Shown here: in pieces, positions 1 to 10,230 of the stretch
Numbering within the stretch: position 1 is the stretch's first letter
Layout: each line of letters opens with the position of its first letter
DNA from: Halobacteroidaceae bacterium
GTDB lineage: Bacteria > Bacillota > Halanaerobiia > B1SED10-174
Length of the DNA stretch: 64,000 nt
Assembly: GCA_003554145.1 (NCBI GenBank)
Contig: PWFS01000001.1
Coordinates: 1,439-65,438, forward strand
Reading direction: 5' to 3'
Made by a program: the position numbers and the translations under genes
The notes under the pieces: model-generated
Database searches by the model: none
What the model was told of the DNA's origin: nothing
What the model saw: only the letters and a program-made list of their open reading frames with translations

Positions 1-120
1 AATTATTATTGTTAGGAGGGCTTTTTTTTGGTTTCTATGGGAAAAACTACCAGCCCCATTGTTTTACTCCAATCCTGGTTCAGGTTATTATTAATTTAGA
101 ACTGGATTGGAGGAGATAGC

Positions 121-660
121 ATGCTTTTTGACAATAAAATTTTCATCACTCTTATAGTTTTTGTGCTGGGTCTTGCCGGCTGGCTTTTTTTAGGTAATCG
201 TTTATCCCCCCCGGTGATTTTGTCAGTTGAAACAGAAGGTGGGGGTGGCAATGAAGGTTTTTGTTTGCGTCATCTCAATCCCCTGCAGTATCGGGTGACC
301 CAGGAGGATGGAACAGAGCCTCCTTTTAACAATGAATACTGGGATCATTTTGAGCCCGGCATATACGTGGATATTGTTTCAGGGGAGCCCCTTTTTAGCT
401 CCCGGGACAAGTACGATTCGGGGAGCGGTTGGCCCAGCTTTACCCGACCCCTTTTTGAGGAAAATATTGTTGAAGTCAAGGATACCTCCCTGGGAATGAT
501 TAGGACTGAAGTTCGCAGTAAAGAAGGGGATACCCACCTGGGTCATGTCTTTGAAGATGGCCCTGAGCCCACCGGTCGGAGGTATTGTATTAATTCTGCC
601 GCCCTCCGTTTTATTCCCCAAGAAAAACTGGAAGAAGAAGGTTATGAGGGAATTTTCTAA
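121..660 (+). CDS. msrB: Peptide-methionine (R)-S-oxide reductase MsrB with ~50-aa N-terminal extension containing a TM helix and a Gly-rich linker
   Basis: Core motifs [70 protein letters not shown] typical of MsrB/SelR; GGAGGAG RBS 7-13 nt upstream of ATG 121; hydrophobic [17 protein letters not shown] at N-terminus. Confidence 0.85.
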   Translation: MLFDNKIFITLIVFVLGLAGWLFLGNRLSPPVILSVETEGGGGNEGFCLRHLNPLQYRVTQEDGTEPPFNNEYWDHFEPGIYVDIVSGEPLFSSRDKYDSGSGWPSFTRPLFEENIVEVKDTSLGMIRTEVRSKEGDTHLGHVFEDGPEPTGRRYCINSAALRFIPQEKLEEEGYEGIF

Positions 661-1097
661 AAAACCAGCAAGCCTGCGACCTGGATGACAGACTCAACCC
701 GTTGAAAACCGGTGTTTACATTGTTTGCGGAACAATAGAAGATCGGGGGAAAAACCCCGTTTTGGATTTAATGGTCAGAGCCCTCAATTTGCATTGGCAA
801 AAATAATTGCAATACCATCGATCAGACAGGAATTAAGCTTGTGGCGATATGAACAGTAATCAAAAACTAAGCCCAGGAATTTGCACCGACCTGATCGGCA
901 AAGCTTCAAAGATACATCAGGTTGACTTTAAAAAACAAATAACCTTGATGACGATCAAAGACCCCAGGATTTTTTCCAGGGGTCTTTTTCTTCCTGAGCA
1001 GGGAAAAAGAATTACCGGGAGCAACCAGGTGAACTGAAAAAAGCCTTCGAAAACCAGGCCCCGATTATGAGTTAAAAGCGCTACAAAGGGAACAGAA

Positions 1098-1127
1098 TTG
1101 ACCGCTTCTCTCTCCCCGTGGTAAGAT
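1098..1127 (+). promoter_or_regulatory. Candidate sigma70 promoter (TTGACC -17- TAAGAT) upstream of PurM-like gene
   Basis: TTGACC at 1098-1103, 17-nt spacer, TAAGAT at 1122-1127; sequence-only prediction. Confidence 0.35.
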
Positions 1128-1134
1128 TAAAGGT

Positions 1135-2286
1135 GTGCTTAGGAGAAAGAATTGCTTAACTTTAATAGGGAGGGATTCCCCGGTGAATACTGTTGAAAAA
1201 GCTTTAATGCATGGTCTTTTTGTTCATCTGCATCATAATATTGATCAGGCAATTGATTTTGGGCAGTTAGAGGAGTTGAATAAAAAAGTTGCCCGGATGT
1301 GGCCCGGCGCTCTTCTGGTGGGCCCCCATGATAACGATGATGCGGCTGTTTTTAAGTTCCCGGAAATGGATGGTTTGTTCGTAGGAAAAATGGAAAGCCA
1401 CTGTTCTCCAGGTGTTCCTCGTCCCTATGATGCTGCTGCTACCGGTGCAGGGGGGGCAATGCGTGATGTGGTGGCCATGGGAGCCCGACCCTTCTTTCTC
1501 CTTGATTTTATTGGAACCAGGCCCCTGGAACAGGAAGTGCTGGTTGGCCCCTGTGGCTTCAATGGAATTTGTGATTGTGGGCAGTGTCAGGTCATGACCA
1601 GCGGTGAGCGCCTGGGCCATATAATTAAAGGGGTTAAAGATATGTGCCAGTCCATGGACGTTTTTGTAGTGGGTGGAGGTCTTTCCACTTCCTTTAGCGA
1701 TATTGTTCCCGCAATAGTGGTAGCAGTTATTGGCAAATTAATAACCAGAGAACCTCTGACCAAGCCAGCAAAAAAAGCTGGTCATAAGCTGATTGTGGCG
1801 GGGACTACCGGCAAGGATGGCAATGATACCCTGTACCGGGCAGGGCTGGTGGAAGAAATGCGGCCCGCCCAGGCCTTATTTTCCGAAGAGCGCCAGGTTA
1901 TGGAGGCTTCTATTGCAGCTTTTAAGACAGGAAAAATCAAAGCCTGTTCTGACCTGGGAGCCGCTGGAATTGGAGCTGCTGTTTCGGAATCCGCCCGCTT
2001 TGGAGAACTGGGAGCGGAGGTTGATTTGTCCCGGGTTCCGGTTAACGCCCAGGATATTTCCCCCGAGGAAGTTTTGATCTGTGAAACTCAGGCCCGGATG
2101 CTATTCCACGTGGAGCCCCGGGACGAGGAGGAGGTTTTGCAAGTTATTCGAGAAGCGGGAGTGCCTGCTGAAGTAATCGGGGAGATTACTGCAGAAGCTA
2201 AAGAAGTGTTTAAATATGATGGCGAAATAATTGCAGAAATACCCAATGAGCCTACTCCAGAAATGATGGAAGAGCTAAGGAGTTAG
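1135..2286 (+). CDS. AIR-synthase-related (PurM superfamily) protein of unknown specific function; true start may be GTG ~1184 after AGGGAGGGA RBS
   Basis: Long ORF; DAAATGAGGAMRDVVAMGARP and Gly-rich segments resemble PurM/HypE/ThiL/SelD-type ATP-binding N-domain followed by C-terminal domain; 3' 370 nt are duplicated (diverged) at 3655-4090. Confidence 0.6.
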   Translation: MLRRKNCLTLIGRDSPVNTVEKALMHGLFVHLHHNIDQAIDFGQLEELNKKVARMWPGALLVGPHDNDDAAVFKFPEMDGLFVGKMESHCSPGVPRPYDAAATGAGGAMRDVVAMGARPFFLLDFIGTRPLEQEVLVGPCGFNGICDCGQCQVMTSGERLGHIIKGVKDMCQSMDVFVVGGGLSTSFSDIVPAIVVAVIGKLITREPLTKPAKKAGHKLIVAGTTGKDGNDTLYRAGLVEEMRPAQALFSEERQVMEASIAAFKTGKIKACSDLGAAGIGAAVSESARFGELGAEVDLSRVPVNAQDISPEEVLICETQARMLFHVEPRDEEEVLQVIREAGVPAEVIGEITAEAKEVFKYDGEIIAEIPNEPTPEMMEELRS

Positions 2287-2372
2287 AGAGAAAAGAATAA
2301 TTCAGCCAACCCCCTCTGGTGCATAATTTGGTGGCCCTCGGATTTCATTTTTGTTTTCTTGAGGATAATTGT
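1918..2372. repeat. Copy 1 of a diverged ~440-bp direct repeat (3' end of PurM-like gene plus downstream spacer ending ...ttgaggataat)
   Basis: Aligns by eye at roughly 80% identity with 3655-4090 (e.g. aaatcaaagcctgttctga..., gttccggttaacgcccaggatatttcccc..., caggcccggatgctattcc..., ggagtgcctgc.gaagtaatcgg, ...tgaggataat). Confidence 0.65.
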
Positions 2373-2456
2373 TCACTAACCCTAATGTTTGTGGGGTTAA
2401 GGTTCGGGTAATAAAAAGCAAAAGGGGACAGATAAGAAGGGAAGAAGGGGTCGAGG

Positions 2457-3323
2457 ATGGAAAGGTTTTTAGGCTCTGCAGATCCGGCGATCCGCCGATT
2501 GGCCGGGGATCAAAGGGCAGATGTTATGCAAAGTCCAAAGGTAAAGATCCTGATTAATTTTCCCGCTGTCCACCCTTATAAAAAGTGGTGGGGAACCCAC
2601 TGGCGATTGGTCTCCCTGGCTGATCTCGAGGTCAATCAAGCCCGAGCGGTAATTGAACCTGGCATTGAGCAGGAACTCAAATGGCTGGCTTCTCCCCGCC
2701 GTCGAATTAAGATTATCGATGGCCTGGTTCGGCATTGTGCTTCTCAGGAGGGTAATGCTGTTTATGCCTGCTCTCGCCTGGGCTTTGCTTCTGATCCCCG
2801 GGTAACAAAACTGGTGAACTGGTTAATAGACTGGCAGTGGCCTGATGGGGGTTGGAATTGTGATCAAAAGGCTTCGGGGCGCCGTTCGTCTTTTCACGAA
2901 ACTGTAACCCCCGCTCTGGGTCTGGTTGAATATTACCGGGCCACCGGTGAAAGAAAGGCCCTGACTGCAGCCCAAGAAGCTGCGGGTTTGCTCCTGGAGC
3001 ATAACCTTTTTCGCAGCCTGAAAACCGGAGAGGTGATTGACCCCGCCTGGCTTAAGCCCCATTATCCTCCCTACTGGCATTATGATCTTTTGCAGGGTTT
3101 GCGTTTAATTGATGCGGTGGGATTTTTACCTGATCCCCGGGCTGATGAAGCCCTGGAGATTCTGGAAAAAAACCGAAGGAAAGATGGACGCTTTGCGGGA
3201 CCCAAATGGTACTCAAAAAAACAGCCGGATGCTGTTGATTGGGGCAGTGGGGCAGAAAATGAAATGCTCAATCTGCTCATTGAAAAGGCTCTGCTGGCCG
3301 GGAGAAAAAATGAAAAAAGTTGA
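2457..3323 (+). CDS. Hypothetical protein with QW-type motif (DWQWPDGGW = Q-x3-G-x-W), possibly alpha/alpha-toroid prenyltransferase/terpenoid-cyclase-like fold
   Basis: 288-aa ORF with codon usage like neighbours; single clear QW motif and Trp-rich composition; lies on 1.3-kb segment bracketed by the diverged direct repeat. Confidence 0.5.
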   Translation: MERFLGSADPAIRRLAGDQRADVMQSPKVKILINFPAVHPYKKWWGTHWRLVSLADLEVNQARAVIEPGIEQELKWLASPRRRIKIIDGLVRHCASQEGNAVYACSRLGFASDPRVTKLVNWLIDWQWPDGGWNCDQKASGRRSSFHETVTPALGLVEYYRATGERKALTAAQEAAGLLLEHNLFRSLKTGEVIDPAWLKPHYPPYWHYDLLQGLRLIDAVGFLPDPRADEALEILEKNRRKDGRFAGPKWYSKKQPDAVDWGSGAENEMLNLLIEKALLAGRKNEKS

Positions 3324-3654
3324 ACAATGCTCGGGGATAACACTTTTTGATTACCATTAAAAGGGAAGGGTCATTTAACCCTATATATATGGTGGGGGAG
3401 CAGTTGTTGTGGGGTTGATATAAGTACTGTTTAAAGCTGGGTAGCCCTGGATGCAGCAACAAAAATTAAGAAACTCGTTTTTGGAGTTAAAAAGATCATC
3501 TTTGCCAAAAATTTAATATCGGGATGCTGCGCCAATTATTTCCTGTTGGGGCTTGTTTTTTTGCCCCGGGCCCATAAACCCTAATTCGGGCTCAGCCTTC
3601 GAGGTGAAAGGGTAACCCCCAGATTATTTTGGAAAGCCACTATTGCTCTATAAA

Positions 3655-4090
3655 AGCTTTTAAGACGGTCAAAATCAAAGCCTGTTCTGATCCGGGAACT
3701 TTTTTTTCTGTAGCCCTGCTTTGGGAGAACTGGGAACCGAGGTTGAATGGTCCCGGGTTCCGGTTAACGCTCAGGATATTTCCCCGAGGGAGTTCGAGTT
3801 TGTGAACCTCAGGCCCGGATGCTATTCCGCGTGGAGCCCCAGGACGAGGAGGATCTTCTGAAAGTTATCATAAAAGCCGGAGTGCCTGCAGAAGCAATCG
3901 GGTAGAGTACTGCAGAAACTAAAGAAGGGTTAAAATATGAAGGGGAAAAATTTCTAAAATACCCAATTAGCCTCCTCCGGAAATGGGGGAGGAGCCAGGG
4001 TGAAGGAGAGAAAAGATTAGATTAGCCCACCTGGGGGGCATAATTTCGAGGCCATCCTTTTTCATTTTTGGCCTTCCTGAGGATAATATG
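3655..4090 (+). pseudogene. Degenerate duplicate (gene remnant) of the 3' end of the PurM-like gene 1135..2286; disrupted by frameshifts and an in-frame stop
   Basis: Nucleotide similarity to 1918-2372 with indels; the six-frame ORF track gives no long +-strand ORF here and reading the aligned copy-2 sequence shows an in-frame stop (gggTAGagtactgcagaa) plus indels; its 3' end overlaps the last codons of the intact CNNM gene. Confidence 0.6.
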
Positions 4091-5126
4091 TTTTCTTTCT
4101 TCCGTGCAGAGCAATGCCCTGATTTTGAACAATTCCCCTTAAAAGACGGCCCAGTATATCGGAGCCGGTTATTACTTTTTTCTGAGTTCCCCACAGCAGG
4201 ATAATATCTTCATCTATTACGTCATCTGCACCATGCTGGGGCTGGACTTTGAGGCGCTGGATGATTTTTCCCAGGGGAGCGTGGTCATCCCTGACAATAA
4301 TGGGGCGATGGCAGTACCGGTAGGGGTTAAACCCCTCAAAGTTAAAAAGAGCCTCCCGGATAAACTTATCTGAATCAAGAACCATTCCCGGTTCTCCCTG
4401 GGGATCAACTATAACAATCCACTTTTTCTGGGAGGCCTGGATTTTTTGTAAAAACTCATCTGCAGGTTCTGGTTTTATAGCTGGAAAAACAGGCCGTTTG
4501 CTTTCAAATTCCACCTGGATAATGCTCTGGGGATCAAGGGGTTCTCCTTCGGCAGCCAGGGGCAGATCATCCAGGGCCAGAAAATTTAAGGCCCCTTTTC
4601 CTTCCATTCGGTTTATTTCCGTTTCCCCTGATTCCATGTGTAGTTTTATCAATTCCCGCATATCCTTTTCCCGAAGGAAGTGAATAGCTTCTGATCCCAG
4701 CCAACAATCCAGGACCAGGGCAGTTGGTCGGGCAATGGGAAAGAGAATTAACTGATAAAAGCGAAGCAGGGGAGCCAGCCGGGCTCCTACTTTAATTGCA
4801 TTGCGAGAAAAATAGGCCTGGGGGATGATTTCTCCGGCTATGGTAATTACCACTGTGGAAAAAAGAAAAGCGCTGATCCCGGCCAGAACTGATCCAGATA
4901 AGAGGGCCAGGAGAACATTGACTGAAACATTGGCCCACAGGATGGTTACCAGCAGAAAATTCGCATCTTCCCTTAATTCCAGGACTTTAACTGCATCGGG
5001 GTTGTTCTTGCCTGCCTCCATTTCCAGGCGCATTTTGCTCACGCTAAAAAAAGCCAGGTTTAAACCGGAAAGTGTTGCTGACTGGGAAAGACAGATAATA
5101 ATTCCAATCCAGGTTAAAAGTATCAT
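4062..5126 (-). CDS. CNNM/DUF21-domain membrane protein with divergent CBS pair (HlyC/CorC-family, putative Mg/Co transport-related); lacks C-terminal CorC_HlyC domain
   Basis: N-terminal 4 hydrophobic helices with NxxLxxxxxGxxLAG-like DUF21 pattern, downstream CBS-like segments; AGGAGGG RBS 5 nt before ATG. Confidence 0.7.
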   Translation of the reverse strand: MILLTWIGIIICLSQSATLSGLNLAFFSVSKMRLEMEAGKNNPDAVKVLELREDANFLLVTILWANVSVNVLLALLSGSVLAGISAFLFSTVVITIAGEIIPQAYFSRNAIKVGARLAPLLRFYQLILFPIARPTALVLDCWLGSEAIHFLREKDMRELIKLHMESGETEINRMEGKGALNFLALDDLPLAAEGEPLDPQSIIQVEFESKRPVFPAIKPEPADEFLQKIQASQKKWIVIVDPQGEPGMVLDSDKFIREALFNFEGFNPYRYCHRPIIVRDDHAPLGKIIQRLKVQPQHGADDVIDEDIILLWGTQKKVITGSDILGRLLRGIVQNQGIALHGRKKTYYPQEGQK

Positions 5127-6252
5127 TAGAGCCCTCCTGTTTTTGTTTTTCAGCTCTTAATCTCCAGGAAAGTTCAACAGGAAAATACTACTTTTTTAAA
5201 AAATTTCCAGTCCACTGGCTCAAAGGATCAAAGCTGGAGTTTTCCTCAGAGAGGTTTCTGGATATTGCTATGTTGGGGGCTGGGAAAAGGTTTTTGCGGG
5301 TAGAAAAGTGTAAAAAATATTTTACATCAGGGGTGAAATTTAAAAAGAAAAGGAAGGGTGTGCAAAATAATGGACAGGTGAAGGTGGGGGTTGTCTAAAG
5401 TTCAACACAAAGAGAAAATTCCTGATACACAGGCGTTTAACTTATACCCTGCTCTTCCTGCATTCTTCTGTAGTTCGGGGAGAACATAGTACAGTACAGA
5501 AAAGGAAAAAATATTGTAATTAAGAAACGAAATAGGAGAGGGGTAATTAAAGGTTAAACTCCTGGCAGAGGCCCATTACAGGCAATTTTATCCCCGGAGA
5601 GATGTTTAAATCTGTCTGTTTTTTTTTCTGTTTCTGAATGGGACTGGAGCAAAATTATTTCCAGAGAAAAATTTTTTAAGCAAAAAAAAGAATAAAAACC
5701 CCCCATTTTTGGGCCACCTTTATTTTGGGTGCTTGATTATTATTGGGAAAAAAATTGTAGGGTTGATAGGCCTGTTTTGGTACATTTATTGCTTTATAAT
5801 TGGGCAGGAAAATAAAACAATGAAAGGGAAGGTGTTTTAATTTTTTTTCAGTGGACCTGGAATAAGGAGATAAAGGTCCTGAAAAAGGCTTTTCTTGGGG
5901 AAAGGGGTAACCCGGGGGAGTTTACACTTGTTTTTTTGGCGTTTTTAAATTTTTTACCCTGGGGTCAATGGTCATTTTTTTCAGAACACCAGTTGATAGC
6001 AGAAAAACCGGGGTAATAAAATCCCAATGTGGGGGAAAAGCCATTTCATTTAAACTGGCAGAATGCCCCAAACCAGAACCGGAACCAATCAGGGGAAGAA
6101 GGTCCTGGGGATGCAAGAAGATTTTGGGAATAGTTTTTCAGGCCCAGAGGAATTTTAGTTCAAAACAATTTACCCGGAAAATCCCTTTCTGATCCAGAAA
6201 AAAGAAAAGCTATAATAATATAGCCAAAAATTTACAGGAAAGAGGTGTTTTG

Positions 6253-7146
6253 ATGAAAAAAATTAGAGCGGCAGTTGTGGGGTATGGCAATATTGGAAAA
6301 TATACAGTTGATGCCATTAATGCGGCCGGAGATATGGAACTGGCCGGGGTTGTTCGGCGCAAAAAATCTCTTAAGGGAGCAGAAAAATTCCCCTATAAGG
6401 TTGTGGAATCAATAACTGAACTGGATGATGTTGATGTTGCACTCCTGGGGGTTCCTACCCGAATGGTACCTCAGTACTGCCGGGATTTACTGGCGATGGG
6501 AATTAACACAGTTGATTCCTACGATATTCATGATGTTAAGGATTTAAAAAGGGAACTGGCCCAGGTGGGCAAAGCCCACAATTCAGCAGCGGTTATAGCT
6601 ACTGGCATAGACCCCGGGATGGGTTCTGTGACCAGGGCGCTTTTTAAGTTTATGGCTCCCGGGGGGATAACTCACACCAATTATGGACCGGGAATGAGCA
6701 TGGGCCACTCTGTCGCGGTTAAAGCTATTCCCGGAGTTAAAGATGCCTTATCCCTGACCATACCTAAAGGACAGAGCATGCATAAAAGGGTTATTTATGT
6801 GGAGATTGAAGATGGGGAAGATTTTGAACAGATTCAGCAGAAGGTCAAAGCGGATGATTATTTTGTCAATGATGAGACTCATCTTTTCCAGGTAGATAAT
6901 GTGGAAGAAATGATAAACATGGGCCATAAAATCCAAATTGAGAGGGAAGGCGTGTCCAGCGAAGTTCATAATCAGCGCTATGAGCTGAAAATAGAAGTGC
7001 AGAATCCTGCTGCCACGGCCCAGGTAATGGTTGCTTCTGCCCGGGCCAGCATGAGGGTGGAACCAGGTGCCTATACCATGCTGGATATTCCTCTTGTTCA
7101 TTTTATTGAAGGGGACCCCGAAGAGTTAATTAACCGGTTAATTTAA
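6253..7146 (+). CDS. ddh: meso-Diaminopimelate D-dehydrogenase
   Basis: IRAAVVGYGNIGK Rossmann start, GIDPGMGS, NYGPGMSMGHSVAVKAIPGVKDAL, HKRVIYVE match recalled C. glutamicum Ddh motifs (VAIVGYGNLGR, WDPGMFS, WGPGLSQGHSDALRRIPGV, HKRQCFVV); length 297 aa. Confidence 0.85.
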   Translation: MKKIRAAVVGYGNIGKYTVDAINAAGDMELAGVVRRKKSLKGAEKFPYKVVESITELDDVDVALLGVPTRMVPQYCRDLLAMGINTVDSYDIHDVKDLKRELAQVGKAHNSAAVIATGIDPGMGSVTRALFKFMAPGGITHTNYGPGMSMGHSVAVKAIPGVKDALSLTIPKGQSMHKRVIYVEIEDGEDFEQIQQKVKADDYFVNDETHLFQVDNVEEMINMGHKIQIEREGVSSEVHNQRYELKIEVQNPAATAQVMVASARASMRVEPGAYTMLDIPLVHFIEGDPEELINRLI

Positions 7147-7175
7147 GGGAAGTTTGAACTGAAAAGCAGAAAAAA

Positions 7176-7216
7176 GTCCTGAAACAGGGAGCCGTCCTGC
7201 TTCAGGATTTTTTTTG
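7176..7216 (+). terminator. Rho-independent terminator after ddh
   Basis: gtcctgaaacaggg...cctgcttcaggat hairpin followed by TTTTTTTTGTT. Confidence 0.5.
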
Positions 7217-7374
7217 TTGGACAGATATTTTTTCGCATCTTTGACCTGCCCTGATAGTTTCCATTTATGGAAATCTACTCCCAGAAGATAATAAAATTAG
7301 AGGAATCCGAGGGGGAAAATAGAACTTTAAGGTATGCTTAATGAAAATGATTATTGGAAAAGAAGGTGAAAAAA

Positions 7375-9192
7375 ATGGCCCAGACTCTGGCCTATATAAA
7401 TGGTGAGCACTTTTATTATGCTTTTGTGGCAGGAAGTAACGAGGTCTCCCGCTACCGGGATTTCCTCAATAAGATTAACGTTTTTCCAGTTTTTGATAGC
7501 GATACCGGTAATAATCTGGCCCAGACCTTAAACTACATTGTGGATTCGGTTCAGCCCCAAAAATCTCTGGGGGAGACAGTTCGTTCCCTGGCCAATGCTT
7601 CATTGAGTGGTGCTGTCGGAAATTCTGGTATTATACTGGCCCAGTTTATTAACGGGCTGGCCCGGGAAATTGGCGAAGTCAGTTCCCTGACTCCAGAAGA
7701 TTTTGGGGATAAGGTCCGGCGAGCAGTACCCTATGCTTACAAAGCGGTGGCTCGACCGGTGGAGGGAACCATGCTGACAGTTTTAAGGGAATGGTCGGAG
7801 GCCCTGAAAAAGGCGGCAGAAGAAACCGGGGATATTATGAAGATGTTCAAGAATTCCCTGGATCAGGCCCGGGTATCTCTGCAGGAAACAACTGATAAGA
7901 TTAAGGTCCTAAAAGAGGCCCTGGTGGTGGATGCCGGGGCCCAGGGTTTTGTTTTTTTCCTGGAGGGTGTAGCCCGCCTGGTGGAAACCGGTAATATCAG
8001 GTCCCTGCTGCGCCAGAAGGCCCCGGACCTGGCTATAGAGGAGCCCTGGGCCGGGGTAAGTGGTGAAATAAACCTGAGGTATTGTTCTGAAGCCCTGTTA
8101 AAGGGGGAAGACCTTGACCATGAAGAACTGCGGGAAAAACTGGAACCCTCTGGTGATTCTCTGATTATTGCTGGAACCGGGGAAAAGGTAAAAATCCATC
8201 TCCATACCAATAAACCGGATGAGTTTTTCTTCCAATTGAGGGATTACGGGACCATTATCCATCAGAAAGTTGATGATATGCAGCGGCAGTACCAGGTAGC
8301 TCATGAGCGACAAAATAAAATTGCTCTGATTACTGATTCTATTGCTGATATTCCCCAGGAAACAATAGACCGGCATCAGATTCACCTGATTCCCATCAAC
8401 CTGATAATTGAAGGATCTACTTTCCTGGATAAAGTATCTATCAAGCCCGATCAGATTTACTCCATACTGGATCAGGTGAAGGAATATCCCACTTCATCGC
8501 AACCCCCTCTGAAAACTGTAGAGAAAATGCTCAATTTTCTCTCTCAGTATTATGAATCAATAATTGTGGTTTCGGTATCCAAAGAACTGAGTGGAACCTG
8601 GAATGTTTTTTCCCGCGCTGCCCAACCACTGCAAAAACAGGGTAAGAAGATTTCCATTATTAATTCCCGTCTCAATTCCGGGGCCCAGGGGTTACTGGTT
8701 CAAAAAGCTGCCCAACTAATTGAAAAGGAATTGGAACACGAGGAAATTGTGGAAATTCTGGAAGAAAAAATCAAGCAAACCAGCATTTTTGTTAGTGTTG
8801 CTACTTTTAAATATATGGTCCGGGGAGGACGGGTCAGCCCGATGAAAGGGTTATTGGGTAAAGTTTTAAACCTGAAACCCATTGTTTCTCTGGACGAAGA
8901 AGGGCGGGGCACTGCATTTGCCCGCAGCTTCAGCCGGAGGGGCAGTACTAAAAAAATAGTGGACATCATAAAGGGAATTAAAGAAAAAAGTCCGGTGGAA
9001 AGTTACTGTATTGTCCATGCCGGGGCTCCAGAAAAAGCTCAATCTTATCGAGATATTTTTTCCAGGATGCTGGGGAAAGAACCGGATTATGTGGTTGAAA
9101 TATCTCCGATTGTTGCTTTAAGTGCGGGCCTGGGAGCAGTTGCAGTTGCGGTGATGACAGGAGAGGAAGAAGCTGCCCCGGTTGTTTCTTGA
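7375..9192 (+). CDS. DAK2-domain / DegV-domain fusion protein (YloV/FakA-like fatty-acid kinase-type architecture)
   Basis: N-terminal Dak2-like region; C-terminal DegV signature KIALITDSIADIP..., GSTF.D, SxxLSGT; start chosen at ATG 7375 after GAAGGTG RBS (ORF extends to 7354). Confidence 0.65.
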   Translation: MAQTLAYINGEHFYYAFVAGSNEVSRYRDFLNKINVFPVFDSDTGNNLAQTLNYIVDSVQPQKSLGETVRSLANASLSGAVGNSGIILAQFINGLAREIGEVSSLTPEDFGDKVRRAVPYAYKAVARPVEGTMLTVLREWSEALKKAAEETGDIMKMFKNSLDQARVSLQETTDKIKVLKEALVVDAGAQGFVFFLEGVARLVETGNIRSLLRQKAPDLAIEEPWAGVSGEINLRYCSEALLKGEDLDHEELREKLEPSGDSLIIAGTGEKVKIHLHTNKPDEFFFQLRDYGTIIHQKVDDMQRQYQVAHERQNKIALITDSIADIPQETIDRHQIHLIPINLIIEGSTFLDKVSIKPDQIYSILDQVKEYPTSSQPPLKTVEKMLNFLSQYYESIIVVSVSKELSGTWNVFSRAAQPLQKQGKKISIINSRLNSGAQGLLVQKAAQLIEKELEHEEIVEILEEKIKQTSIFVSVATFKYMVRGGRVSPMKGLLGKVLNLKPIVSLDEEGRGTAFARSFSRRGSTKKIVDIIKGIKEKSPVESYCIVHAGAPEKAQSYRDIFSRMLGKEPDYVVEISPIVALSAGLGAVAVAVMTGEEEAAPVVS

Positions 9193-9442
9193 AGTTAAAA
9201 ACGGAAGGGAAACAGCCAGAGTAACAGGACCATAATTCCCGCCTTAGCTGGTATCAGCTTTCCCTTCAGGTATAGGCCCGGGGTTCCGGGCCTTTAGAAA
9301 CTCAGCCCTGCTTCCAGTTGGAGAATAATCCTCAACAGGGGCAGAAAATCAGGGATTAAGCTGTTTTGAGTTTAGACAATAATTGAGGGGGAAAGAACTG
9401 CAAAACTGCAGGAAGCCCCGAGATCAGGAGGGTGTTTAACCA

Positions 9443-10213
9443 ATGGGAGAACTTTTTTTTCAGGCCGCCCTGGCCGTTTTTATTTATTTTTTTATTTTTT
9501 TCCTGATAGCCCAGGCTATAAAAAATAATTCTATTGTCGATATCGGCTGGGGAATGGGCTTTATTGTTGTCGCCCTGATTACCCTTTTCAGCAGTGGAAA
9601 TTTTACAGCCCGCAGCATTATTGTTACCGTCCTGATAATTATCTGGGGAGGGCGCCTAACATATCATCTGTTCCGGCGCAACTGGGGCCAACCAGAAGAT
9701 TTTCGTTATGCTAAATGGCGCCGGGACTGGGGTAAATGGCTTATCCCCCGCTCCTTTTTCCAGATATTCATGCTGCAGGGGGTAATGATGCTGATTATTG
9801 CCTTCCCCATAATACTGATCAATGCTTCTAACCGGCCGGGCCTTAATTTACTCGATTTTCTGGGTCTTTTCATCTGGGTGGTGGGGTTCTTTTTTGAGGC
9901 TGTGGGTGACCGGCAACTGGCAATTTTTAAAAGTGACCCCGCAAATAAGGGGCGGATAATTCAAAGCGGCCTCTGGAAATATACCCGCCACCCCAACTAT
10001 TTTGGAGAGGTTACCCTGTGGTGGGGGATATTTTTCCTGGCTTTATCAGTTCCCCTGGGCTGGACCGGTGTGATCAGCCCCCTGACCATTACCTGGCTGA
10101 TGTTGTACGTTTCAGGGGTTCCAATGCTGGAGAAAAAATATAAAGATAATCCCGAATTTCAGGATTATGCCCGCGGGACCAGCAAATTTATTCCTCGTTT
10201 GCCCCAAAAATAG
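9443..10213 (+). CDS. DUF1295 / steroid-5-alpha-reductase-like membrane protein
   Basis: Multi-TM protein with C-terminal [17 protein letters not shown] motif typical of DUF1295/ICMT/steroid reductase superfamily. Confidence 0.7.
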   Translation: MGELFFQAALAVFIYFFIFFLIAQAIKNNSIVDIGWGMGFIVVALITLFSSGNFTARSIIVTVLIIIWGGRLTYHLFRRNWGQPEDFRYAKWRRDWGKWLIPRSFFQIFMLQGVMMLIIAFPIILINASNRPGLNLLDFLGLFIWVVGFFFEAVGDRQLAIFKSDPANKGRIIQSGLWKYTRHPNYFGEVTLWWGIFFLALSVPLGWTGVISPLTITWLMLYVSGVPMLEKKYKDNPEFQDYARGTSKFIPRLPQK

Positions 10214-10230
10214 ACCGGGAGGTAATTGCT

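Noticed and set aside
849-1037. 62-aa ORF in the msrB - PurM-like intergenic region
   Set aside because: No RBS, no recognisable motif, and the region is better explained as promoter/leader for the PurM-like gene.
5968-6192. 74-aa ORF inside the long intergenic region upstream of ddh
   Set aside because: Arg/Lys-rich low-complexity translation, no RBS, and it overlaps an antisense ORF of similar size. This is typical of chance ORFs in purine-rich DNA.
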